The notes under the pieces are model-generated. The model was not told the DNA's origin. It ran no database searches and worked only from the letters and a program-made list of their open reading frames with translations. Shown piece after piece: positions 1 through 8,462 of a stretch of 18,047 nt of DNA; within the stretch, counting starts at the first letter, position 1; each line of letters starts with the position of its first letter. Made by a program: the position numbers and the translations under genes. This DNA is from Candidatus Bathyarchaeum sp. (lineage in GTDB: Archaea; Thermoproteota; Bathyarchaeia; Bathyarchaeales; Bathyarchaeaceae): contig JAOZIF010000112.1 of the NCBI GenBank assembly GCA_026014495.1, positions 1-18,047 of the forward strand, given 5' to 3'.

Positions 1-19
1 GTTTTCAACAATGTACCTC
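1..19 (-). other. Possible ribosome-binding site and start of a further gene running off the left edge
   Basis: Minus strand reads GAGGT (19-15), aca, TTG TTG AAA AC (TTG at 11-9 or 8-6). Only a few codons are visible. Confidence 0.3.
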
Positions 20-109
20 TATTAGGAGACTAATATGCCGCACAGAAATGTGAATTAACATTGGAGTGCTGTTTGGGTTTTCAGAAAGTTCAAAGCGTGT
101 TAGTCTTAG

Positions 110-937
110 TTATTTGTCAGCCCAGAATTGAGCTAATGCCTTTAGTGCGTCTTCAAACAAGTATGTTTTGGGGGTTACGTCTACTTTTAGGTCCATTTCT
201 AATAGGGTCTTAGCTGTTACAGGGCCTATTGCTACAATTGTTAGTTTTTTGTTCAATATGTTTCGTAACTTATTTTTTGAGATAAGTGGCTCCAGCATTG
301 TGAACAAGTTTTTGGCGCTTAAGGAACTACCAAAGATAATAGCGTCGATTAATCCCTGCTTCAAGTCTTTAAGGAATTTTTTGTTCAAATCTTTGTCAGT
401 TGGAAGCAACGATTCATACACGTATAATTCGTGAACAGTTGCCCCCAAGTTTGAAAGTTTGTTTGCTAAGTCAGGGGCTGCGCCGCTTGTTCTCGGAATA
501 TAAATTAAGCTGTTTGAGACGTCCCGTTGTTTTAAACACTGGATTATTCCTGTTGAACTATATTTTTCTGGAACCAAGCCCACAGTTATGTCGCTGTTAG
601 TTAGTTCTTGTGCAGTTTTTGGACCAACAGCCATTACAATTGTTCTGTTCAGATTATCTTTTAGTTGACTGCTCAGCCCTAACTTTTCAGCGCAACCAAG
701 CAAATGTCGTACTCCATTTATGCTCATGAACAAAATATAGGTGATTTGGTTGGTTTCCAGTTCATTAACAAAGTTCTTTACAGCTGACGAATCGCAGATT
801 GGTTTAATTTGTATCGAGGGTATGAAGTAGGGTTTTGCGCCATACCGTTTTATGAGGCTACCTGTCTGTTCAGCTTGGTCGTGAGGCCTTGTTATTGCAA
901 CAGTTTGCCCGTTCAGTGTGAAGGCATCTTGAACCAT
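110..937 (-). CDS. hemD: Uroporphyrinogen-III synthase
   Basis: 275 aa with HemD motifs VAITRP, FMSINGV, AVGPKTA, VYE, FGSSLSAKN and AIGPVTA. Last gene of a hemB-hemL-hemC-cobA run; overlaps cobA by 25 nt. Confidence 0.93.
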   Translation of the reverse strand: MVQDAFTLNGQTVAITRPHDQAEQTGSLIKRYGAKPYFIPSIQIKPICDSSAVKNFVNELETNQITYILFMSINGVRHLLGCAEKLGLSSQLKDNLNRTIVMAVGPKTAQELTNSDITVGLVPEKYSSTGIIQCLKQRDVSNSLIYIPRTSGAAPDLANKLSNLGATVHELYVYESLLPTDKDLNKKFLKDLKQGLIDAIIFGSSLSAKNLFTMLEPLISKNKLRNILNKKLTIVAIGPVTAKTLLEMDLKVDVTPKTYLFEDALKALAQFWADK

Positions 938-1668
938 GAAAGCTTACTTCCTAGATGTACAACATCTCCAACAACAATAACTGCTGGAGGCTTCACATTT
1001 TTCGCCTTAACTTCTTTGGCTATAGTGGCTAGCGTTCCAACCAAACTTCTTTGCTTCTCTAAGGTTCCCCATTCAATTACAGCTACAGCTAAATCAGGGC
1101 TTAAACCAGCAGCAATCAAACTATTTGCCGTGAACTCCAGTGAGCTTACACCCATCATAATAACAATTGTATCCACACAACCAGCTAACCTGCGCCAGTC
1201 TATCGGTGATTTTGCATCTGCTGCCTGATGACCAGTAACTACAGCAAAAGAGGAAGCACAATCACGATGGGTAACAGGAATACCCGCGTATGCAGGAGCA
1301 GCCATGGCTGAAGTTACTCCAGACACAACCTCAAAAGATATCTTGTTATCAGCAAGGGTTTCAGCTTCCTCTCCTCCTCTGCCAAAAACAAAAGGGTCAC
1401 CGCCCTTTAACCGGACAACTTTTTTGCCTTCACGAGCTTTTTTAACCAAAAGTTCATTGATTTTTTCTTGAGAAAGCTCATGTTTATCCGAGCTTTTTCC
1501 AACATAAATTTTCTCGGCATCTTTTGGAGCATAATCAAGAATTGAATCGGACACTAAACGGTCATAGACTACAACGTCAGCTTCTTGTAGGACCTCAACA
1601 GCCTTCAAAGTAACAAGCTTGGGGTCTCCGGGTCCAGCGCCAACAAGAAACACTTTACCATGTCCCAT
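913..1668 (-). CDS. cobA: Uroporphyrinogen-III C-methyltransferase (SUMT/CobA, CysG-A type)
   Basis: VFLVGAGPGDPKLVTLKA, VYDRLV, RLKGGDPFVFGRGGEE, GIPVTHR. Start moved from 1728 to ATG 1668 (MGHGKV..., 251 aa), which follows a GGAGG SD-like motif and overlaps the hemC stop. Confidence 0.95.
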   Translation of the reverse strand: MGHGKVFLVGAGPGDPKLVTLKAVEVLQEADVVVYDRLVSDSILDYAPKDAEKIYVGKSSDKHELSQEKINELLVKKAREGKKVVRLKGGDPFVFGRGGEEAETLADNKISFEVVSGVTSAMAAPAYAGIPVTHRDCASSFAVVTGHQAADAKSPIDWRRLAGCVDTIVIMMGVSSLEFTANSLIAAGLSPDLAVAVIEWGTLEKQRSLVGTLATIAKEVKAKNVKPPAVIVVGDVVHLGSKLSWFKMPSH

Positions 1669-2587
1669 ACTTTTCCCTCCATTCAGCCTCCAACTCTTTA
1701 GCGCCTTGCCCAAGAAGGCTCTGAGCAACTTGTCTGCCTAAATCGTTAGCATCCTCAAGTTTGCCTTCTGCTGACGAAAAGATTTTTTTCTTACCATCAA
1801 GCGAAAAAACACAACCATAAAAAGACATTTTGTCACCGCATGCACGCCCAATTGCACCAATTGGAACGCGACAACCGCCCTCAAGTGAGAGAACAAGACT
1901 TCGTTCAGCAGTTACTTCAGCGCGTGACGGAGCATGATTGATTGATTCAAGAATGTTTATCACCTTTTTGTTATCTTTTTTTGCTGCTATGGCTAGTGCT
2001 CCTTGTCCTGCAGAGGGTGCAAAAGTTTCCAGTGAGAAACGTTCTGTGATCTGATTTTCCAGTTTCATCCGATTAAGTCCAGCCTCAGCCACTATTAATG
2101 CGTCAAATTCGCCTCTTTTTATTTTCTGGATTCGGGTGTCAACGTTACCTCTTATTGGCTTGGCTTCTAAGTCAGAACGAAGATGCTTTACTTGTGCCAT
2201 TCTCCTCAAACTGCTGGTTCCGATTACTGCGCCCTTCTGCAACTTTGCCAAGGAAACTTTATCCCTTGAGATTAAAACATCGTTTGGGGAATTACGTTTT
2301 GGTATTGCAGCTATAGTTGTTTGTGACTGTTCTAGGATAGGAACGTCTTTGAGACTATGAACAGCAAAGTCTACTTCTCCTTTTTCTATTGCCAAATCAA
2401 TCTCCTTTTCGAATATGCCCTTTCTGTCCAGAGAAAAAAGAGACAAGTTTTGTTCTTTGTCACCCAACGTTTTGATTACTTTGACTTTAAAGGTCAACTC
2501 TGGATGAAGAACTTGGAGACTAGCTAAAACATTGTTTGTCTGTATCAACGAGAGTTTGCTTCCACGAGTACCGACAGTTAAAATCAT
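1655..2587 (-). CDS. hemC: Hydroxymethylbilane synthase (porphobilinogen deaminase)
   Basis: VGTRGSKLSL, GIFEKEID, AVHSLKD, GTSSLRR, IRGNVDTR and LEGGCRVPIG (cofactor Cys). ATG 2587 overlaps the hemL stop (TGATG); TTG 2590 is an alternative start. Confidence 0.96.
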   Translation of the reverse strand: MILTVGTRGSKLSLIQTNNVLASLQVLHPELTFKVKVIKTLGDKEQNLSLFSLDRKGIFEKEIDLAIEKGEVDFAVHSLKDVPILEQSQTTIAAIPKRNSPNDVLISRDKVSLAKLQKGAVIGTSSLRRMAQVKHLRSDLEAKPIRGNVDTRIQKIKRGEFDALIVAEAGLNRMKLENQITERFSLETFAPSAGQGALAIAAKKDNKKVINILESINHAPSRAEVTAERSLVLSLEGGCRVPIGAIGRACGDKMSFYGCVFSLDGKKKIFSSAEGKLEDANDLGRQVAQSLLGQGAKELEAEWREKYGTW

Positions 2588-3903
2588 CAAACAGACCTGC
2601 CTTTAGTTGACACTTTGTGTAGAGCATTGTCAAGGGCATCAACAGTGCGCTCTAGATCGTCTTTGTCGTGTGCTGTTGACAGGAAACACGTTTCAAACTG
2701 TGAAGGCGGAACAAATACGCCCTGTTTTAGGAGTTCTTGGAAGTATACAGAAAACTTTTGAGTGTCACAGGATTTCGCGCACCCATAATCAACAATTGGA
2801 GTAGATGTAAAGAAAATCTGGAACATGGAAGCGATGCTGTTCACTTGTGCTTCAATAGTATAGGATGAAACTAAGTCTACAATTACTTTCTTTAATTCGT
2901 CGCAGTTCCGTGCAAGTTTAGGATAGATTTCATTTTTGTTTTTACGCAAAGTTTGGAGAACAGCAATGCCAGTAGACACGCAAAGAGGATTGCCACTAAA
3001 GGTTCCTGCCTGATACACCTTGCCAAACGGCGACAAATGATTCATAATTTCTTTTTTGCCCCCAAATGCTGCTATTGGAAAACCTCCCCCCAGAATCTTG
3101 CCTAATGTTGTCAGGTCAGCTTCAATGTCGTAATATTCTTGTGCTCCGCCCAAGGCAAGCCTAAAGCCTGTAATGACCTCATCAAAAATAAGAAGAACCC
3201 CATATTCTTTGGTTAATTTTCTGAGCTTCTGCAAATAGTCACCATGTGGCAATATGAGACCAGCATTCCCAATCACCGGTTCAACAATCACTGCGGCAAT
3301 ATCATTGCTTTCTTGTGTGACAACGTCCTCTAGAGCCGCATAGTTGTTGTAAGGCAAAACTATAGTGTTTCGTGTAGTTTCCTCAGGGATTCCAAGAGAG
3401 TCTGGAGCCCCACATGAAGTAGCGCCTGAACCCGCTTTCACAAGAACATAATCATGCGCCCCGTGATAGCATCCCTCAAACTTGATGATTTTGTTTTTTC
3501 CAGTAAAGCCTCTAGCTAACCTTATCGCATGCATTGTTGCTTCGGTGCCCGAATTAACTAAACGCATCATCTCCATGCAAGGAAACATTTCGCTAATGTG
3601 TTCTGCAAATTTGATTTCGTTCTCTGTTGGAGCACCATACAATGTCCCGTTTTCCAGTTGTTCTCTTGCTGCATCCAATACGCCCTCAAAAGAGTGCCCC
3701 AGAATCAGGGGCCCATAACCCATGCAGTAGTCCACGTAGGAGATTCCATCTACGCTGTATAGTTTTGAGCCCCTTGCATGTTTAACAAAGAACGGGTATG
3801 GTTTAATGGCTCGGACAGGACTGTTTACTCCACTGGGCAAAATGTTCTTGGCACGCTCATAGAGACATTCGGATTTAGTTCTGTTCAAAGTTGATTTAGC
3901 CAT
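2587..3903 (-). CDS. hemL: Glutamate-1-semialdehyde 2,1-aminomutase
   Basis: SGVNSPVRA, VNSGTEATM, KFEGCYHG, LIFDEVITGFR, TLGKILGGGFP (PLP Lys), QAGTFSGNP; 438 aa. Confidence 0.97.
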   Translation of the reverse strand: MAKSTLNRTKSECLYERAKNILPSGVNSPVRAIKPYPFFVKHARGSKLYSVDGISYVDYCMGYGPLILGHSFEGVLDAAREQLENGTLYGAPTENEIKFAEHISEMFPCMEMMRLVNSGTEATMHAIRLARGFTGKNKIIKFEGCYHGAHDYVLVKAGSGATSCGAPDSLGIPEETTRNTIVLPYNNYAALEDVVTQESNDIAAVIVEPVIGNAGLILPHGDYLQKLRKLTKEYGVLLIFDEVITGFRLALGGAQEYYDIEADLTTLGKILGGGFPIAAFGGKKEIMNHLSPFGKVYQAGTFSGNPLCVSTGIAVLQTLRKNKNEIYPKLARNCDELKKVIVDLVSSYTIEAQVNSIASMFQIFFTSTPIVDYGCAKSCDTQKFSVYFQELLKQGVFVPPSQFETCFLSTAHDKDDLERTVDALDNALHKVSTKGRSV

Positions 3904-4865
3904 GATTTTACATCCTTAGCAAAATATGTTATAATAATGTCAGCACCAGCCCGTTTTATTCCACTTAACAACTCAAGCACTGCCGCCTTTTCGTCCACCC
4001 AACCCAACTTAGCAGCAGCTTTAACCATAGCATATTCTCCGCTCACACTATATGCAGCAACAGGCAAACTGAAACTCGATTTTGCAAGCTGCACTATATC
4101 CAAGTAGGGCAAAGCAGGCTTGACCATCAAAATATCTGCACCCTCGTTTACATCTAACTCCATTTCCCTTAGAGCTTCATCCGAGTTCCCATAACCCATC
4201 TGGTAACACTTTCTATCTCCAAAACTGGGTGCACAACCAGCAGCATCTCGAAATGGACCATAAAAGCAAGATGCATACTTGGCAGAATAAGCCATTATAC
4301 CCACTTGATTAAAACCAGCGTCATCCAAAGCTTCACGGATGAATCTAACCTGGCCATCCATCATACTAGAAGGGGCTACAATGTCAGCCCCAGCGTCAGC
4401 ATGACTAACAGCCATTTTCTGCAAAAACTCTAGAGTAGAATCATTCACAACTTCATTACCGTCAACGATACCACAGTGACCATGAGTTGTGTATTCACAA
4501 AGGCAAACATCAGTCATAACAACAAGTTCATTAACAAATTCTTTCTTTAGTTCACGAATTGCCTTTTGAACAATACCATTGACACAAAAGCCACTAGAGC
4601 CAGTTTCGTCCCTTTTTGAAGAAATACCAAAAAGAAGCACAGATTTTACTCCATGCTCAAGAATCTTTCTAGCCTCATCAGCTACAAAATCAAGAGGTAA
4701 TCTAAAGTATTCAGGCAACGATTTCATAGAAACGGGTGCATTCGCGTTTTCATCCACAAAAATGGGACATACCAAATTGCTCGGATGAACCCTAACATTA
4801 GTTGTTAAGTCACGTAATGCAGGTGTCCGCCGCAGCCGTCGCAGTCTAACTGATGGAAAACTCAA
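3885..4865 (-). CDS. hemB: Porphobilinogen synthase (5-aminolevulinate dehydratase), Zn-binding type
   Basis: RLRRLR, DVCLCEYTTHGHCG (three Zn cysteines), APSSMMDG, YSAKYASCFYGPFRDA, MVKPALPYLD, YSVSGEYAM. TTG start with GGAGG 8 nt upstream. Confidence 0.97.
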   Translation of the reverse strand: MSFPSVRLRRLRRTPALRDLTTNVRVHPSNLVCPIFVDENANAPVSMKSLPEYFRLPLDFVADEARKILEHGVKSVLLFGISSKRDETGSSGFCVNGIVQKAIRELKKEFVNELVVMTDVCLCEYTTHGHCGIVDGNEVVNDSTLEFLQKMAVSHADAGADIVAPSSMMDGQVRFIREALDDAGFNQVGIMAYSAKYASCFYGPFRDAAGCAPSFGDRKCYQMGYGNSDEALREMELDVNEGADILMVKPALPYLDIVQLAKSSFSLPVAAYSVSGEYAMVKAAAKLGWVDEKAAVLELLSGIKRAGADIIITYFAKDVKSWLNQL

Positions 4866-4868
4866 AAG

Positions 4869-5546
4869 TTATGCCTCCGAAAGAGCCTGATTTTTTTCTT
4901 TGAAGCTTTCTGCAATGTCCAAGGCAAACTGTTTAGCAGCTTCAAACTTGCTTTGTTTCAAAAGTTTCTTTATGTGATTGTCGTCAAGTATTTCAGACAG
5001 AACAATTTTTCTGATTTTCTGCTCTGAGATTTGTTGCTTCAGAAGAGGCCGAATGCAATCTTGTAATCTGATTTGAAGCAAATCCTCAGGGGTAACCATT
5101 TTTTCTATTCTTTGCCTCAAAACTCTAGCCATAGAAGGACTTTTTCCACTAGTTGACACTGCAATATTCACATCACCTACTTTAGCTAAGGCTGGAAACA
5201 TGAAATCGCTTATTTCAGGATTATCAACACAATAAACTAAGCATCCCGCATCTTTAGCGTGTTTAACTAAACGAAAGTTAAGGTCGCTATCGTTAGTTAC
5301 TGCAACAAGTATGTCAGGGCTGTTACCAAGACTGTTAACAAAATCAGGTATATCCTTGATGTCAGTTTGAAGTAAATCGATTTTTTGCAGTTGATTTAAC
5401 GTATGAATGTCAAGCAGAAACTTTTTGCTTGCGACCAAAATTTTTGAGCCTGCATCCAGAAAACTCAGAATTTTTCTGTACGCTTCTGACCCGCCCCCAA
5501 CAATAACAACATATTTTCCGTTAAGATTGAAGTCTAAAATCAACAT
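4869..5546 (-). CDS. sirC: Precorrin-2 dehydrogenase, possibly also sirohydrochlorin ferrochelatase (SirC/Met8/CysG N-terminal family)
   Basis: Rossmann motif VVIVGGGSEAYRK, then VDNPEISDFMFPA and AVSTSGKSP. 225 aa with no fused methyltransferase domain. ATG with GGAG SD. Confidence 0.88.
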   Translation of the reverse strand: MLILDFNLNGKYVVIVGGGSEAYRKILSFLDAGSKILVASKKFLLDIHTLNQLQKIDLLQTDIKDIPDFVNSLGNSPDILVAVTNDSDLNFRLVKHAKDAGCLVYCVDNPEISDFMFPALAKVGDVNIAVSTSGKSPSMARVLRQRIEKMVTPEDLLQIRLQDCIRPLLKQQISEQKIRKIVLSEILDDNHIKKLLKQSKFEAAKQFALDIAESFKEKNQALSEA

Positions 5547-7102
5547 TCAGACGCTCCTTTAGGTATATCCAAAACACAGCCATTACCGAGTAGCAGCTTA
5601 AAGCGCTCCAGAACTGTTCCACAATCAATCGAAGAGCGTACAGGAGATTCAGCAAGACGCATCAACAAATCCAAATTCAATGACTGCTCCACAGTTGCGA
5701 GTACTTTGGCTCCGAACTCGTCATACCTTATCTCAATTTCAGGAATGGCTCCTCGTCCCTCTAAATTTATACGGGGCAATATTCCAAGTAACCCGACGCC
5801 AAGATTTCGAAAAGCAGATTTAAGGGAGTGCTTGATTTCGGGAGTAATGTAGCTTGTGCGAAACTTGTTTAATATTACCCCCACTACGTTGATTCCAAGA
5901 GCTTTCATGAAATTAACATAATTTAAGCCAGTTATCACTGCACCTTCGATACCCGTCTTGTCGCAGGCAACTACAAGAACTGTGGGAACACCTAGAACTG
6001 CCGCTATCTCCGCGGTTGAGGCAGGACGCTCTACAGTTTCGTTAAGAAATCCAGTGAAAGGCCCCATTGCTCCTTCTATTAAAAGAAAATCATAGTTCTT
6101 GCTTGCAGTGTCTACTGCATCTATTGGGGACGCCCAGCCACTGTTTCCTACTTTTATTGACGAATAACTGTTGATTGGCTCCTTGACCAAATACAAAGCA
6201 GGCACAATGTCACGTATGTCGCCACCTACTTTTAGCAACCCAACTTTGAATCCCCGCTTCTTCAATGCTCCAGCAACGCCAGTGACTATGAAAGTTTTAC
6301 CTGACCCGCTTCCAGTTGCGGTAGTAAACAAAAGCACTGGAGTTGCCGCCTGTTGGGACGAATTAAGTTCTGACTGAACACCTGTTGATATGCCAACTTC
6401 ACGCTTCAGTTTGAGTAATAACCGTGAATTAGCATTCTTGATTTCTTGAAGTTCTTGATTTGAGATATCCAAAGACTTCATGACGCTCTGGATTATGACT
6501 GGGTTTTCCTCAAGCAATCCATGACTTAAGATTCCAACTACATTGCCCTCGTTATTAGTAAATCCAGAAACAAAATCCTGAGGGTCATCACGATAATTAA
6601 CACGTTTTATGTGCGAAACCAGAATAGGTCTTGCTTTGGTGTATGAAGTAATCTTGCCGTAGGTGTGACAGTGAAAACCTGTAACCGTTTTCCCAAGCGA
6701 ATCAGTCATGAAGCTTTTTCCAACAACCGTAGCTGAAACACTGTCTGTACATATCAATGGCTCAAACTCCACATCTAACAGACCAAGCCCTCTGTGCGTA
6801 ATGGGAACAGAAGATAAACGTCCAACATCAGTTGCTTTGGCTAGCACCTGAAAACCTGAACAAATCCCAAGCACAAACTTGTCAACATCAGCCATCCGTG
6901 TTATCTCCTTTTTTATGTTGTCAGTTATGCTCTGGGACTCCACAAGGCTACCACCTGGAATTATTAGTAAATCAAGGATTTCGGAAGCAGGTTTACCATC
7001 TACTAGTCCGTCTTCTCGGATTATGTCAGTTGGTAAGCTTCCGAAGCTTTCAAAAAAGGGCAATGCCCCTGGAACGTAAATCAATCCGATTCGATGTCGC
7101 AA
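5540..7102 (-). CDS. CobB/CobQ-family glutamine amidotransferase with inverted domain order (N-terminal glutaminase, C-terminal CobB/CbiA-like ATP-dependent synthetase); candidate tetrapyrrole a,c-diamide synthase
   Basis: N-terminal part: DLLIIPGG, GIC81SGFQ, GLGLLDV, GFHCH, NVVGILSH194G. C-terminal part: P-loop GSGSGKT (aa 264-270), LKVGGD, LIEGAMGPFTG, STAEIAAVLGVP, GVILNK. TTG start at 7102. Family is well supported; substrate is not known. Confidence 0.8.
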   Translation of the reverse strand: MRHRIGLIYVPGALPFFESFGSLPTDIIREDGLVDGKPASEILDLLIIPGGSLVESQSITDNIKKEITRMADVDKFVLGICSGFQVLAKATDVGRLSSVPITHRGLGLLDVEFEPLICTDSVSATVVGKSFMTDSLGKTVTGFHCHTYGKITSYTKARPILVSHIKRVNYRDDPQDFVSGFTNNEGNVVGILSHGLLEENPVIIQSVMKSLDISNQELQEIKNANSRLLLKLKREVGISTGVQSELNSSQQAATPVLLFTTATGSGSGKTFIVTGVAGALKKRGFKVGLLKVGGDIRDIVPALYLVKEPINSYSSIKVGNSGWASPIDAVDTASKNYDFLLIEGAMGPFTGFLNETVERPASTAEIAAVLGVPTVLVVACDKTGIEGAVITGLNYVNFMKALGINVVGVILNKFRTSYITPEIKHSLKSAFRNLGVGLLGILPRINLEGRGAIPEIEIRYDEFGAKVLATVEQSLNLDLLMRLAESPVRSSIDCGTVLERFKLLLGNGCVLDIPKGASEC

Positions 7103-7122
7103 GTTTATCCCCTGCTTCTTAG

Positions 7123-7152
7123 CGCAAAAATATGCGAACTCTTATATTTAAG
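7123..7152. promoter_or_regulatory. Putative divergent archaeal promoter (BRE/TATA) with an adjacent palindrome
   Basis: CTTATATTTAAG (7141-7152) reads TATA-like on both strands. GCGAACT (7134-7140) is BRE-like for the + direction. CGCA-N6-TGCG lies at 7123-7136. This is the only gap between divergent starts at 7102 and 7172. Confidence 0.55.
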
Positions 7153-7171
7153 TTGGAGGGATTATCCATCC

Positions 7172-8446
7172 ATGCAGGCCTCTGCTAACAACGCCAACAT
7201 CATAAACGTGAGGATTACACACCAAAAATCACAGGTTTCACTAATTGAAACTGTAGCCTTTGAAAACATCAAAACTTCACTTGCCGAGCTTTGCTCAAGC
7301 ACCAATGTTGACGAGTGCATCATACTCCAAACATGCAACCGTACCGAACTTTACGTAGTTACTAAAAACAAAGGCACATCCCAGATGATTATAGACTACA
7401 TAATAAAAAAATGTGGAACCAAATCTAAAGAAGCAAGCAAAGCAATTGAAACGTCAACAAATCAAGATGCCCTTAAACATCTCCTACGAGTAGCGTCTGG
7501 ATTAGAATCAATGGTAATAGGTGAAGACCAAATTCTAGGTCAAGTTTGGGGCGCATATTCAACAGCAGAATCAGCAAACACTGTTGGTCCAATACTTAAA
7601 ACCGTATTTACACGAGCAGTAAGTGTTGGAAGACACGTAAGAAACAAAACCGAAGTTAACAGAGGCTCAGTATCTATTGGTTCAGTTGCAGTTGAGCTTG
7701 CAGAGACGCTTTTAGGAAACCTAGAAGGCAAGAACGTTCTGGTGATGGGTGCAGGGGAAACAGGAACCATTGTGGCAAAAGCACTAGCAAGATGCTGCCC
7801 AAATGCAATATTTATTGCCAACAGAACTTACGAGCGAGCAGTAAAGTTGGCTGATGAACTACAAGGAAAAGCTGTAAGGTTTGACATGTTAGAAGAGGTG
7901 CTTAAAGACACTGACGTTGTTATTTGCTCTACGGCTGCGCCTCATTATTTGCTAAAAAAAGAGTCGGTCTGCCGAATTATGAAGCAACGCAACAAGTTAA
8001 CGGGTTTAATGATTATTGACATCTCAAACCCGCGAAATGTCGAAGAGTCTGTGCAACAAATAGATGAGGTTACGCTCTACAACATAGATGATTTGCGAGT
8101 AATCGCGGAGAAAAACAAAGAGAAACGGCAACAAAAGGCAGAAAAAGCCTCAAAAATTATTGATGAAGCCCTGATTTTGCTTGAACAAGACTTGAAAGCA
8201 CAGTCTGTAAGCAACATAGTTTCGTCCTTGTTTTCGCACGCTGAGAAAATCAGACAAAAAGAGCTGACCAAAGCAAACAACATGCTAGGAAAGCTTGATG
8301 AAAAAAAGAGGGGCGTTATTGACGATTTGACTTTCGAGATAGTTGAACAAACTTTGGTGCCTATTGTTGAAAATCTGCGTAAGGCAGCTAAGACCAACGA
8401 TAAGGAAATGGTAGATGTTGCAGTGAAACTGCTTGAAGTAAAATAA
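7172..8446 (+). CDS. hemA: Glutamyl-tRNA reductase
   Basis: ILQTCNRTELY (catalytic Cys), SGLESMVIGEDQILGQV, MGAGETG (NADPH binding), IDISNPRNVE. Start moved from 7094 (overlaps the divergent gene) to ATG 7172, downstream of GGAGG at 7155-7159; 424 aa. Confidence 0.96.
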   Translation: MQASANNANIINVRITHQKSQVSLIETVAFENIKTSLAELCSSTNVDECIILQTCNRTELYVVTKNKGTSQMIIDYIIKKCGTKSKEASKAIETSTNQDALKHLLRVASGLESMVIGEDQILGQVWGAYSTAESANTVGPILKTVFTRAVSVGRHVRNKTEVNRGSVSIGSVAVELAETLLGNLEGKNVLVMGAGETGTIVAKALARCCPNAIFIANRTYERAVKLADELQGKAVRFDMLEEVLKDTDVVICSTAAPHYLLKKESVCRIMKQRNKLTGLMIIDISNPRNVEESVQQIDEVTLYNIDDLRVIAEKNKEKRQQKAEKASKIIDEALILLEQDLKAQSVSNIVSSLFSHAEKIRQKELTKANNMLGKLDEKKRGVIDDLTFEIVEQTLVPIVENLRKAAKTNDKEMVDVAVKLLEVK

Positions 8447-8462
8447 TGTAACCAAAAATGGA

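Noticed and set aside
23-58. AGGAG followed by ATG CCG CAC AGA AAT GTG AAT TAA (7 codons, + strand)
   Set aside because: Too short to assess, and no supporting context; likely chance.
7094-7171. ORF-track N-terminal extension of hemA (and similar extensions of cobA 1669-1728, cbiG 13365-13406, cbiZ 17641-17670)
   Set aside because: They overlap neighbouring genes or promoter regions, and downstream starts have better SD motifs and match where family homology begins.
7103-7171. Cobalamin riboswitch upstream of either operon
   Set aside because: The gaps (69 nt here, about 70 nt before cbiZ) are too short and lack the conserved B12-box. One could still lie upstream of the btu genes, outside the window.
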